Shown: positions 9,582 through 19,379, counted from the first letter of the stretch. The stretch: DNA of 64,000 nt from Balneolaceae bacterium (GCA_003561515.1 PWWL01000183.1:64-64063); one strand, 5' to 3'. Notes: a model not told the origin generated them from the sequence alone. Made by a program: numbers and translations.

Positions 9582-11987
9582 ATGCAAAGTAAATTCGTCA
9601 CATATCCAGATAACAGTCTTTCAAAGATTGGGTACGATGCTATTCGGGCTGCAGCACTCAAGAAATGCTACACGCCTTACGGCAGAGAAGAGCTGGCAGC
9701 TGCGAAACCCATTTCAGATCCCAACATTGTCCATCAAAGGCTCGCTGTGTCGCGCGAATGGATGAAGCTGCTTCAAAGCGGCGCAAGCAACCCACTTTCA
9801 GTTTTGGATGACGTAAGGGATATGATCAGAGAGAGCAAAATACAAGGAGGCATGCTGCCGATTGACAATTTCCCGGTAATTTTTCAGAATGCCCGTTTGG
9901 CAAGAATCATAAAGCAGTTTTTTGGACGAACTGAGGACCACTATCCTGCTTTGATCGATATTGCAAACCTTTTGATAAGCCTTAAACCTCTCGAAGACTC
10001 TATCAGCCGCGTTGTTACCGACCGTGGAGAACTCAAAGACGATGCCAGCCCCGGGTTGCAAAAAATACGAGGCCGCCTGAACCGCGAGCGTGGAAGGCTC
10101 AGAAGTACCATACAAAGAATTATGAAAGAGCTTTCAAAAGATGGAATGACATCTGATGAAGGCCCTACCATAAGAAGCGGACGAATGGTGATACCATTGC
10201 AGGCCGAGTACAAGCGTAAAATTAAGGGTTTTGTCCATGACGTATCGTCAACGGGCCAAACAGTGTATGTGGAGCCTGTACAGGCACTGCAAATCAACAA
10301 TGAAATCCGGCAGCTCGAGTCTGAAGAACAGCGGGAGATTGAACGAATTATTCGTGAACTAACCGCTGAGGTTAGAAAATACAGCGAAGAACTCGCACTT
10401 AACTGCAGCTGGATTGGCGAACTGGATGCGATTCATTGCCGTGTGAGCCTGGGTTTGAGCCTCGATGGCGTTATACCGCAGATCAGCGAAGACCTGCATT
10501 TAAATCTGATTCGCGCAAATAATCCCAACCTACTGCTGAAAAATCTGAGTACAAAAGAGGCCGAACCTGTTGTTCCGCTGAATCTGGAACTTCGTTCCGA
10601 TGAACTTGCCATCGTTATTACCGGCCCAAATGCCGGTGGTAAATCTGTTGCCATGAAAACAGTTGGAGTACTGGCAGCTATGATTCAATCCGGCTACCCG
10701 GTACCTGTTCACCCCGATTCGAGCATTCCGATTTCGAACGGCTTGTTTGTGGATATTGGAGACGATCAATCGATCGAAAATGATCTCAGCACCTTCTCGT
10801 CACGCCTCAACTGGATGCGCCAATCACTGAAAATGATGCCGTCTGGCTCACTGGTGCTTATCGATGAGGCCGGCGCAGGTACCGATCCTGAAGAAGGCGG
10901 CGCACTTTTCCAGGCTTTTGTTGAAGAGATACTTGAACGCGGATCGAGAGTCATAGTTACAACACATCACGGATCTCTGAAAGTGTTTGCGCACGAACAC
11001 CCATCCGTTGTAAACGGTGCCATGGAATTTAACCAGGAAAGCCTCTCTCCCACCTACCGATTCAAAAAGGGTATTCCCGGAAGCAGCTATGCATTCGAAA
11101 TTGCTGACCGTATGGAGCTGCCAAAACCAATGATGAAGCGTGCGCGAAACTTGCTCGGAGAAAATCGGGATAAGATGGGCGAATTACTGGTTAATCTCGA
11201 GCGGCAGATGCAAGAGTCGGAACAGATGCACAAAGAGTTTAAAAATAAGCTGCAAGAGCTCGAGAAGAGAGAAAAAGTGTACCTCGAAAAAGCTTCAAAT
11301 TTCGATAATAAGAGAAAAAGAATTCTTGAAAAAGCCTATAAAGACGCTGAAGAGATCATGAAAGGCGCCAATCGCAGAATTGAAGAAGCGGTCGAGAAAA
11401 TTGTTCAGGCAGGTATGGAAGACAAGGAAGCCATCAAAGAAGCCCGCTCAGATGTTCAGAAAGCCAAATTGGACATTCACGAGAACCGTGACCGGTTCAG
11501 GGAAGAATTGGAGGAGAAACCGTTCCGAAGCGGAGAGAAACCGGTAGTGGGTGACTACGTCTTAATCGGCGACAGCGACACTTCCGGCGAACTGGTGGAA
11601 CTGTCAGGTAAAAATGCCACCGTGCTGGTAAACGGAATGAAGATAAAATCAAACCTGAATAAGCTGGTGAAAACCAATCCGCCAAAGAAAAAAAATAAAC
11701 CATCTCAACACAGGGTGTATAGCGGTTCCGATGAACTTGACCTATCGGTTCAGCCAAGACTCGACCTGCGCGGGCAGCGAGGTGATGAAGCCATCAGAAA
11801 GCTTACCCTCCATCTCGACAAAGCCGTTGCACGCGGGCTTCATGAAGTTGAAATTATCCACGGCAAGGGTGAAGGTATTCTGCAAAAGCTGGTTAACGAA
11901 TATCTTGAGCAGCGCCAGGAAGTAAAAGAGTTTGACATCGCACCCTGGGATGGCGGCGGCAGCGGATGTACGGTAGTTAAACTTTGA
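9582..11987 (+). CDS. mutS2: MutS2 family ATPase with C-terminal Smr domain
   Basis: HDVSSTGQTVYVEP, ITGPNAGGKS Walker A, DIGDDQSIENDLSTFS, LIDEAGAGTDP, LDLRG...IIHGKGEG Smr motif. Confidence 0.95.
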   Translation: MQSKFVTYPDNSLSKIGYDAIRAAALKKCYTPYGREELAAAKPISDPNIVHQRLAVSREWMKLLQSGASNPLSVLDDVRDMIRESKIQGGMLPIDNFPVIFQNARLARIIKQFFGRTEDHYPALIDIANLLISLKPLEDSISRVVTDRGELKDDASPGLQKIRGRLNRERGRLRSTIQRIMKELSKDGMTSDEGPTIRSGRMVIPLQAEYKRKIKGFVHDVSSTGQTVYVEPVQALQINNEIRQLESEEQREIERIIRELTAEVRKYSEELALNCSWIGELDAIHCRVSLGLSLDGVIPQISEDLHLNLIRANNPNLLLKNLSTKEAEPVVPLNLELRSDELAIVITGPNAGGKSVAMKTVGVLAAMIQSGYPVPVHPDSSIPISNGLFVDIGDDQSIENDLSTFSSRLNWMRQSLKMMPSGSLVLIDEAGAGTDPEEGGALFQAFVEEILERGSRVIVTTHHGSLKVFAHEHPSVVNGAMEFNQESLSPTYRFKKGIPGSSYAFEIADRMELPKPMMKRARNLLGENRDKMGELLVNLERQMQESEQMHKEFKNKLQELEKREKVYLEKASNFDNKRKRILEKAYKDAEEIMKGANRRIEEAVEKIVQAGMEDKEAIKEARSDVQKAKLDIHENRDRFREELEEKPFRSGEKPVVGDYVLIGDSDTSGELVELSGKNATVLVNGMKIKSNLNKLVKTNPPKKKNKPSQHRVYSGSDELDLSVQPRLDLRGQRGDEAIRKLTLHLDKAVARGLHEVEIIHGKGEGILQKLVNEYLEQRQEVKEFDIAPWDGGGSGCTVVKL

Positions 11988-11996
11988 AAATAAATC

Positions 11997-12899
11997 ATGA
12001 TCATAAGAGTCACTATAACGGCTTTCCTGCTTCTATTCATTGCTGAAAACGTTCATGCACAGCTTATCTCCTGGCGCGATCTGATTGAAGGGGATCTCCC
12101 CCAGCCCGATGAAAGAATTTATTACGGTACCGGCGAACTTGCATTCGGTGAACTCTGGATACCCGATAAAGACCCTCATACTACCGTGATTCTGATACAC
12201 GGCGGCTGCTGGCTCGATATCTATCCCGGAACAGAGATCATGAACCACATGGCAAATGCACTCAGAGATGAAGGCTTCGCCGTATGGAACATTGAATACA
12301 GGCGACTGGGGCATCAGGGCGGCGGGTATCCCGGAACATTTCTTGACGTTGCTTTTGGCGCGGATGCACTGCATGCCGTTGCCCGAAATCATAATATCAA
12401 CCTGGACAGGGTTATTGCAGCAGGTCACTCGGCGGGCGGCCACCTGGCAACATGGCTTGCCGCCCGAAAAAACCTTCCTGACTACAGTACACTGCGCATC
12501 GACGATTCGATCGACATTCACACTTCAATTCAAATTCATGCCGTCATCTCGCTTGCAGGTATCAACGACCTTGAGCGGTATGCCAATTACGGCTCTTCAT
12601 CTTGTGGGGAAGGAACTGTAGCAAGGCTTGTGGATATTGAAACGCGTGGTGAGGACGCCTTTCTCGATACATCCCCCATTCATCTGCTTCCTTTGGGTGT
12701 ACCCTTTGTTGAAGTTACAGCAGCCTTCGATGCGCCGGTGCCCCCTTTTTTCGGATACCATTTCACTCAAGCTGCCAAACAGGCCGGGGATGATGCCATA
12801 CTGGTGCTGCAACCAAAAGCCGGACATTTTGAGATGATTGCTCCCTGGAGTGAAGAATGGCGGGAGGTTCGAAATATTTTCAGAACTATCCTGGAATAA
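11997..12899 (+). CDS. Secreted alpha/beta hydrolase (esterase/lipase)
   Basis: Signal peptide, IHGGCW oxyanion motif, GHSAGG nucleophile elbow, AGHFE. Confidence 0.88.
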   Translation: MIIRVTITAFLLLFIAENVHAQLISWRDLIEGDLPQPDERIYYGTGELAFGELWIPDKDPHTTVILIHGGCWLDIYPGTEIMNHMANALRDEGFAVWNIEYRRLGHQGGGYPGTFLDVAFGADALHAVARNHNINLDRVIAAGHSAGGHLATWLAARKNLPDYSTLRIDDSIDIHTSIQIHAVISLAGINDLERYANYGSSSCGEGTVARLVDIETRGEDAFLDTSPIHLLPLGVPFVEVTAAFDAPVPPFFGYHFTQAAKQAGDDAILVLQPKAGHFEMIAPWSEEWREVRNIFRTILE

Positions 12900-12903
12900 A
12901 ATT

Positions 12904-13413
12904 TCAAAACCTGATGTGAAAAAGCATGCGCTCATCAGTCGAACTAACCGTGATAATCAGAATATTTCCGTAATCCGATTCATCGAACTTCTCGGTGAAA
13001 TGCTCACGCTGAAGCAGGGCATTCGCAAACATTGGAGTGGAGTTTGAATGGCCCGCCACAAGCACATACTGCCCGCGGTGCTTCTCCATCCATTCTGCGG
13101 TTACGCCCTCGGGATCTCTGTGATCGTATTCCATTATCTCCAAGGTATGTCGTTCCGATATTGGGCGCGCAGTTTCTCTGGTTCGGATAAACGGTGTTGA
13201 GTAAACGGCATCGAAATCAACCTCCCGGAACATTCGTTCGAATACAGATGCTCTTTCATATCCCTCATCTGCAAGATCGGGATCGTAGCTATCATCCACT
13301 TTCTCGGCGTGTCGCACCAGGACGAACGTAGTGGTTCCATACTGTTGAGTCTGCGCAATTAGAGTTTGGGTCAGAACAAAGAAAAGCACCAGCAGTGACA
13401 GAATCTTTTTCAT
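12904..13413 (-). CDS. Histidine phosphatase family protein (SixA/PGAM-like), secreted
   Basis: LVRHAEK, YSTPFIRTRETA, AGHSNS; signal peptide from MKKILSLL. Confidence 0.85.
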   Translation of the reverse strand: MKKILSLLVLFFVLTQTLIAQTQQYGTTTFVLVRHAEKVDDSYDPDLADEGYERASVFERMFREVDFDAVYSTPFIRTRETARPISERHTLEIMEYDHRDPEGVTAEWMEKHRGQYVLVAGHSNSTPMFANALLQREHFTEKFDESDYGNILIITVSSTDERMLFHIRF

Positions 13414-13511
13414 GAGATAGATTTTTGACTTGGAAAACTGAAGGTTCACAATATATTAACGGTAAATTAATACACCACCGTTACACTTCAATAAAAAATT
13501 TCAGCCGGTTT

Positions 13512-14408
13512 ATGAAAGTCTCTCTACTAGCCATCCTATCGTTTCTGATTGCAGCCTGCACCACCGAGGAAGTAACCCGCAGTTTCGACCTTCAGGGGCA
13601 TCGCGGCGCGCGCGGACTTCTTCCTGAAAATACGATTCCCAGCTTTCTGATTGCCATTGACCACGGTGTGGATACCATCGAGTTTGACCTGGTTGTTACA
13701 AAAGACCGCCAAATACTCATTTCGCACGAACCATGGTTTCATCATCACATCAGCACAAAACCCGACGGAACGCCAGTGACTGAAGAGGAGCAGATGGAAT
13801 TCAATATTTTTGAAATGACCTATGAAGAAACGCAGCAGTTTGATGTTGGCAAACGAGGGCACATAAACTTTCCGAACCAGCAGCCGATGGAAGTTGCCAA
13901 GCCGCTGATGCGCGATGCCATTAGGGCAATAGAAGAGTACACAGAAGAACTGGGAATCGCGCCGGTGGCCTATAACATTGAAACCAAAAGTGTGCCCGAC
14001 TACTACGGGGTGATGTATCCCTACCCGGATGAGTACGCTCAGCTCCTCTATGATGAACTGCTGGAACTGCACGAAGAGTTTGGCTTGTTCGACAGGATCA
14101 TCATTCAATCTTTTGATCCCGCCACGCTCATCGAATTCAGGAAGCTGAATGATGAAATAGCTCAGGCAATTCTCGTGTTTGAAGAAAGAGGCATCCAGGA
14201 GTATGTAGATGTGCTTGGGTACACCCCCGAAATCTGGAGTCCAAACTACCGGCTGGTAACGCCCGAAATCGTTGCAGATGCCCATGAGCGCGGCATGACC
14301 GTAATTCCATGGACAATCAACAACGTGGCCGAAATGCAGCGCCAGCTCGATATGGGCGTGGACGGAATCATCACCGATTACCCCGACAGTGCAGCGGTAT
14401 TGCGATAG
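13512..14408 (+). CDS. Glycerophosphodiester phosphodiesterase lipoprotein
   Basis: LIAAC lipobox, GHRGARGLLPENT, IEFD, NIETK, IIQSFD, WTIN, GIITDYP. Confidence 0.92.
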   Translation: MKVSLLAILSFLIAACTTEEVTRSFDLQGHRGARGLLPENTIPSFLIAIDHGVDTIEFDLVVTKDRQILISHEPWFHHHISTKPDGTPVTEEEQMEFNIFEMTYEETQQFDVGKRGHINFPNQQPMEVAKPLMRDAIRAIEEYTEELGIAPVAYNIETKSVPDYYGVMYPYPDEYAQLLYDELLELHEEFGLFDRIIIQSFDPATLIEFRKLNDEIAQAILVFEERGIQEYVDVLGYTPEIWSPNYRLVTPEIVADAHERGMTVIPWTINNVAEMQRQLDMGVDGIITDYPDSAAVLR

Positions 14409-14439
14409 TGTGTAGCGCTGATGTCGATGAGAAACGAAA

Positions 14440-15168
14440 TTAGCGGATCTCTTGAATTGCCATTGCGATAGAATGCCACGTGCCGTGGGCCCTGACTACC
14501 GGTTCAAGTCCATCTTCAGCAAGTTTCTCGGCTACACCCTGGCTGCCTGCAATCAGTTTGAATTCTGAAAGATTCAGATCGGGAAAGGCGGTCTTCATTC
14601 TGGTAAGCGAAGAGCGGTTGTGGATCAGGATTGAATCAAATTGCTTCTCAGAAATCTTTTTCCTGTACTCAGCCAGCAGTTCACCCGATACCGTAACCTC
14701 TCTGCAGACAGTGTATTCTGAAACCGGCATTTCAAGCTCCTGAAGCAGGCCGGGCATTTCCTCGGTGCGATTATCTTTTGTGGGATAAAGAGTGCTGCCC
14801 TCTTTCGATATTCTGAGCAGAAACTCGAGAATATCAATAGGCCGGGCGTTCTCGCGTGGCAATATGGCCGGAATACTTTCCTTTTCAAGAAATGATGCGG
14901 CAGCGCGGTCGTGTACAAGATTGATTTTCTTCTGAACTGACCCGAGCTTTCCTTGCGACTCTACCCATTCCAAAAAATATCTGGCATTTCGCAAATTACC
15001 GTAAATAATGAAAGTGATTTGATCCAGAGCCTCACTCAGAGCACTGTCTGAACCCGGTTCAATAAAGTATTCATAGTGCTCGAGCGGAAGGTGCAGGTTG
15101 TCTCCAATCAGTTCAAAAAGTGGAGCCGCAACATCCCTGTCGGCGGTAATGAGCACGGGCTTTTTCAA
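14440..15168 (-). CDS. Divergent uroporphyrinogen-III synthase (HemD-like)
   Basis: N-terminal VLIT strand and ~240 aa length fit a HemD-like two-domain pattern; motifs are weak. Confidence 0.5.
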   Translation of the reverse strand: MKKPVLITADRDVAAPLFELIGDNLHLPLEHYEYFIEPGSDSALSEALDQITFIIYGNLRNARYFLEWVESQGKLGSVQKKINLVHDRAAASFLEKESIPAILPRENARPIDILEFLLRISKEGSTLYPTKDNRTEEMPGLLQELEMPVSEYTVCREVTVSGELLAEYRKKISEKQFDSILIHNRSSLTRMKTAFPDLNLSEFKLIAGSQGVAEKLAEDGLEPVVRAHGTWHSIAMAIQEIR

Positions 15169-15213
15169 TATCTTAAGTCCCTTTTGAAGAAATTTGAAGC
15201 TTCAGATTATGTA

Positions 15214-16407
15214 CTAAAAAATATAACCGATACCGGCATAAACCCGAACGGTTTCTCCGGAAAAACCAACGTCACCTCGAAGAATAAAATCAGGGTTGAA
15301 AAGTGAAATAGCTCCTCCTGCCCCGAATGTATGATTCCAATCGGAAAAGAAGCCGGGTGAATCCTGATCGGAAAAAACGCGTCCGCTGTCCCAGAAGAGC
15401 TGGCCGCCTATCCGGAGTTCACCGTCAAAAAATGAAAAGAGCCAGGTGCGAGCTTCCAGTATGTGAAGTACTGAACTGCTACCCCTGAAACGATCGAGAT
15501 GATACCCGCGCAAACCGCGCTCAAATCCAAGCGTTGGAAGCCCCCAGAATGGAGCATCACCAAGGAGGTGTTCGCCTCGAATTTTTTGCGCAAGCACAAT
15601 TCCCGGCAGCGGTTCAATGTAATTCCTGAGTTCCAGCCAAAGCTCTGTATAGTTAAAATCGCTGACAAAAACGTCACTGCTTAATCTGACTCCGACCTCA
15701 TACCGGTAGCCCTCGGTCGGGATAAATTCGCTGTCGCGATCGTCAGCAATCAGCCCGCCTCCTATCATATTGGTATAACCGTTAGTGCGGTCAATAGCTG
15801 AGCTTTCATTACCAAGACTAGAATTATCTTCGCGCGGCGATGTATCCACGTAGGATACCCTTACGTCCGAGAATATGTCGAGTTTACCATCAAATCCATA
15901 CTCGACCACCGTTTTCCTTAGCCGCCAGCTTACCGATACCTGCCTGTTTTGGAAAAAGTAGTAATTCTCATCATATAGGTCGGACTGAAATGGTGTATCA
16001 TTGCCGATTCCGAAAAAATGGCTAATTTTGGACCTGAACAACACAATCTGAACCCGGTTACGTATATCTCGATTGAAAGAGCGGGTGCGTTCATAGGCAA
16101 ATTGTCCAACAAATTCTCCCCGGATAGAAGCGGTGAAGTCGGCACGTGTGTTGCTTAAAAAGGGTGATGCGTCGCCTCTGTAATTGAACCTCTGGTAAAG
16201 AGCTCCGCCAAAAAGGCCGGTATCGGAAGAGTAGCCTGCTGCCGGCAGAAAAGATTGTTGGACCCTTGATCCACTCTCATCCTGTTCTCCCATACCGGTG
16301 ATTAACTGTGCGGATAGTGCCGCCGGCAAGCAAAACGTAAGCGCTGCGGCAAACAGGAATATTGATTGAAACGGGGTATAAAACGTCATGGCTGCCAATA
16401 TAATCAA
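15214..16407 (-). CDS. Omp85/BamA-TamA family outer-membrane beta-barrel protein
   Basis: Signal peptide, LPAAGYSSDTG, LRGYHLDRFRG loop-6 motif, FWDSGRV, C-terminal aromatic GYIF. Confidence 0.8.
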   Translation of the reverse strand: MIILAAMTFYTPFQSIFLFAAALTFCLPAALSAQLITGMGEQDESGSRVQQSFLPAAGYSSDTGLFGGALYQRFNYRGDASPFLSNTRADFTASIRGEFVGQFAYERTRSFNRDIRNRVQIVLFRSKISHFFGIGNDTPFQSDLYDENYYFFQNRQVSVSWRLRKTVVEYGFDGKLDIFSDVRVSYVDTSPREDNSSLGNESSAIDRTNGYTNMIGGGLIADDRDSEFIPTEGYRYEVGVRLSSDVFVSDFNYTELWLELRNYIEPLPGIVLAQKIRGEHLLGDAPFWGLPTLGFERGLRGYHLDRFRGSSSVLHILEARTWLFSFFDGELRIGGQLFWDSGRVFSDQDSPGFFSDWNHTFGAGGAISLFNPDFILRGDVGFSGETVRVYAGIGYIF

Positions 16408-16480
16408 AACCCAACATCTTTGGATTTAGATAACTGCTGAACCTGAAGTATTTTTACAACTCATCAAAAAATACAGGTAT

Positions 16481-16514
16481 AAAAAAAGCCCTGTCTGCTT
16501 CAGACAGGGCTTTT
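16481..16514 (-). terminator. Intrinsic terminator after the rhodopsin gene (bidirectional-type)
   Basis: AAAAAAAGCCCTGTCTG-ctt-CAGACAGGGCTTTT perfect stem with A/T tails. Confidence 0.85.
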
Positions 16515-16542
16515 AGCTCATAACGAAATGTGTCGCGCCTTA

Positions 16543-17409
16543 CTAAATGGCGTTCTCCATTGTTTCGTAATCGTATCCATCGGCTTTACTCATTTCCTGA
16601 GCGGTAAGTGTGAGCAATATTCCGTAAATCACTTTGGAAGATACGTCAGCAATAGTGTAAGTAATATGTCGGGCTACTACGGCTGTTTCGCTGAGCGCCG
16701 GCTCCAGTCCAAAGCTGAACAAGTACGGCATCAAATATGCGCCCGGATAGAGCATCCACGAGATGAAGAAAAGTGTCCAGATGTTTCCAAGATACTTTTG
16801 CGCTTTCGGCGGTGCGCCTTCCTGTCCTTCCGTAATCACTCTCTTCATGAGAATGAGAATGTGTACAAAGAAGATTGTAGAAACAAAGCCCCAAATAAAG
16901 AAAAGCGTGGGATTTGTTACTTCATAGTATTGACCTACATAACCGGTCAAAATCATCGCGGTTCCTGAGAACCAGAACCCGTTTCGAATAGAGCTAAAAT
17001 TGCTCTTTGTAAGAGTTACTACAAAGAGAATCTGGAAGAGTAGCATCGGTACGTCAATGAGCCAGTTCAGATATCGATAACCGTTATTGAAAAGGTCGTT
17101 GCCGTCGCCGAGAATATATCGTGCGGATTCGGCATCGTATACCATAGCGCCTGTCCAGTTCTGCTGCTGAACAAGAAGCAAAAGGAAAGCGGATACCATA
17201 ACCACAACCGACAACACAGATGATATTCTGTATTTCGGAGCTACGGTTTTCATTGTTAATACAAAGTATAGTAAACCAGCGAGCATGATGGCATAGCCGA
17301 GCGTGAGAACATGAGCCGACATTTGGTAGGCCATTTCTGTGAACCCGGAATCCATACCCACGTAGTTTTCGAAGGTAGCATTGCCCAAAGAACTTATTAG
17401 TTGGTCCAT
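16543..17409 (-). CDS. Light-driven sodium-pumping rhodopsin (NaR, NDQ motif, KR2-like)
   Basis: DLFNNGYRYLNWLIDVPMLLFQ (N115/D119/Q126) matches the KR2 helix C as I recall it; ADVSSKVIYG with retinal Lys259; N-terminal E14 and H33 correspond to KR2 E11 and H30. Confidence 0.95.
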   Translation of the reverse strand: MDQLISSLGNATFENYVGMDSGFTEMAYQMSAHVLTLGYAIMLAGLLYFVLTMKTVAPKYRISSVLSVVVMVSAFLLLLVQQQNWTGAMVYDAESARYILGDGNDLFNNGYRYLNWLIDVPMLLFQILFVVTLTKSNFSSIRNGFWFSGTAMILTGYVGQYYEVTNPTLFFIWGFVSTIFFVHILILMKRVITEGQEGAPPKAQKYLGNIWTLFFISWMLYPGAYLMPYLFSFGLEPALSETAVVARHITYTIADVSSKVIYGILLTLTAQEMSKADGYDYETMENAI

Positions 17410-17576
17410 AATTGATTAGGGATTAGTTAAGGTTTGATGAAACGATTTGTGTTTCAATCACCTGCGCAACAACCTGTTGGTTGTCAAAGTTCATTGATAA
17501 ATGAAATAAGTTCTTACTTTATTCCATCTTATTGGCGGACAATGATTTGTATATTTTCTACACAAAGCCGGTAAAT

Positions 17577-18314
17577 TCAGCTCTTTTTCAGGATCTCGTC
17601 ACACTCTCTCCACTGCGGCATGAAACGATCCATATAGCTGTAAAATCTGCGATTGTGGCCACGCTCGAGCAGGTGTACCATTTCATGAACCACTACGTAT
17701 TCAAGAAGAATGGGTTGTCGTTCGGCCAGGTTCAGGTTCAGCCAGATTCTCTTTGCTCGCGTGTTGCAGCTGCCCCAGCGCGTTTTCATTTTTTTAACCC
17801 CGAATTCACGCACCTTCACTCCCATCAGATCTTCGTACCGTAAAATAATTTTTGGAATTTCCCGCTTAAGCTCACGCCGATACCACTCCCTCACCATCTT
17901 TTCTCTTTTTGCGGCAGTTGTATTACCGGGATGCTCAATGATTAAGTAATCTCTATTCTGATGAATGCGAGTCTTCCCATAGGTTGCAGTCGATAACTTT
18001 AGCGTGACCTCTCTGCCCCAAATGCAGATTCGGTCTCCGTTCTCGAACTTTTCAGGCAGGGTGAGAGGTTGGGATTTTGGTGTTGACAAATGTTTCTTAA
18101 TCCACCCGGTTTTCTTCAGCAGAAACCTCATGATTTCATCATCGGAAGCTGCCAACGGCGCCGAAAGTTTAACCTCACCCCTTCGAATATGCACCCTCAA
18201 ATTGATGTTCCTGATCTGTTTTCGCCTTATCTCGACACTTATTCCGTCAATATTTATCGTAGATGCGTAATGCTTGTTTTCTTTTTTCTTCATGAGTGGA
18301 ATGTTACACATCAT
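17577..18314 (-). CDS. YgjP/DUF45-like M48 family zinc metalloprotein
   Basis: KTRWGSC, EYVVVHEMVHL..RGHNRRFY HExxH motif. Confidence 0.88.
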   Translation of the reverse strand: MMCNIPLMKKKENKHYASTINIDGISVEIRRKQIRNINLRVHIRRGEVKLSAPLAASDDEIMRFLLKKTGWIKKHLSTPKSQPLTLPEKFENGDRICIWGREVTLKLSTATYGKTRIHQNRDYLIIEHPGNTTAAKREKMVREWYRRELKREIPKIILRYEDLMGVKVREFGVKKMKTRWGSCNTRAKRIWLNLNLAERQPILLEYVVVHEMVHLLERGHNRRFYSYMDRFMPQWRECDEILKKS

Positions 18315-18441
18315 CCGGAATCAATGCATCCGAGACAGAATATTTTTGAAGAAAGCAGCTAAATAATCCTAATCTTTCCTCACTTTACATTTAAAAATAA
18401 AGGAGTATATTCATTGTCCCAATCAACGCAAGTTGACTTCT

Positions 18442-19089
18442 ATGGACAAAATTAAGGTATTAATCGCAGACAGCTACGACGTGTATAGGCATGGCCTGCA
18501 GACTATTCTGGCCGACAGCGGAAAATTTGTACTGAATTCGGCTGCAAAAAGTGGTAAGGAGCTGATTTCTGCGTACCGGAAACATCCGGAGTCATTATGC
18601 CTGATCTCTTCCAATATCGCTGACGCCAACATTCATGAGCTGCTTCAAAAACTTCGCGCGATAAACAGCGAAGTTTTAGTGATTGTGCTTACTTATTCTA
18701 CCGATATTTCTCATTTGAACCAGTCTTTGAAAGCCGGGGTAAAAGGGTATCTGACCAAAAACTGCTCTTCTTCAGAACTGATTGAAGCTGTAAAATCGGT
18801 GGCCGCGGGCGAACAGGCATTTGGAAAGTCGGTTTCCCAGCTCATGATCGGAAGATATGCTGACCAGGCTAAGAACACCGATAAAAAGTCTGATAAAAAC
18901 ATCACGAAAAGAGAGCGTGAAATTCTGAAGCTGATTGTTGAGGGATATACCAGTTCAGAAATTGCGAAGATTTTATACATCAGTACCCGAACTGTAGAAA
19001 CTCATCGCTCAAATTTGATGAACAAACTGGAACTGAAAAACACTGCTGCACTTGTTCGTTTTGCTCTTGAGGAAGCCGGCATAGAGTGA
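18442..19089 (+). CDS. NarL/FixJ-family response regulator with atypical receiver domain and LuxR HTH
   Basis: IKVLIAD...AGVKGYLTK receiver fold; ITKREREILKLI.EG....EIA..L.IS.RTVETHRSNLMNKL HTH. Confidence 0.9.
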   Translation: MDKIKVLIADSYDVYRHGLQTILADSGKFVLNSAAKSGKELISAYRKHPESLCLISSNIADANIHELLQKLRAINSEVLVIVLTYSTDISHLNQSLKAGVKGYLTKNCSSSELIEAVKSVAAGEQAFGKSVSQLMIGRYADQAKNTDKKSDKNITKREREILKLIVEGYTSSEIAKILYISTRTVETHRSNLMNKLELKNTAALVRFALEEAGIE

Positions 19090-19096
19090 TCCACAC

Positions 19097-19140
19097 GAAC
19101 TACGTAGTTCTACGTACTCAAATTACGATCTTCTACTTAT
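19097..19140. promoter_or_regulatory. Putative regulator-binding repeats (GAACTACGTAGTTC palindrome, TACGTA repeated at 10-bp spacing)
   Basis: Perfect 14-bp palindrome at 19097-19110, a second TACGTA, then weaker TACG/TACT copies. Confidence 0.45.
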
Positions 19141-19207
19141 TGCAGTAGCGCTTTGATAAACCTATGTTTAGAGTGCAAATGGGGTAATAGCCGTCTGTAG
19201 ATGATAT

Positions 19208-19245
19208 TTAGCAGCTCTCTTTGAACGGAGAGCTGCTAATTTTTT
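19208..19245 (+). terminator. Intrinsic terminator
   Basis: TTAGCAGCTCTC-N8-GAGAGCTGCTAA 12-bp stem followed by T6. Confidence 0.8.
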
Positions 19246-19379
19246 ATATATCTGCCTCTTCTCTACGAATACACTCCGGCGAATCATCAGTAATTTGATC
19301 CGTGATTTCCACAACCTCCCTCTATTCTTGCGGCCAGCATGTTTTCGAAAGAGCATCAACGATGCCTGTATACAGCTGA

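Noticed and set aside
13536-14285. Long antisense ORFs (also 61004-61735, 55138-55704, 30147-30680, 12033-12521)
   Set aside because: Shadow frames opposite well-supported genes, with no recognisable motifs
17577-18314. Restriction-modification or defence locus suggested by the YgjP-like protein
   Set aside because: No hsdR/M/S or other defence genes are adjacent
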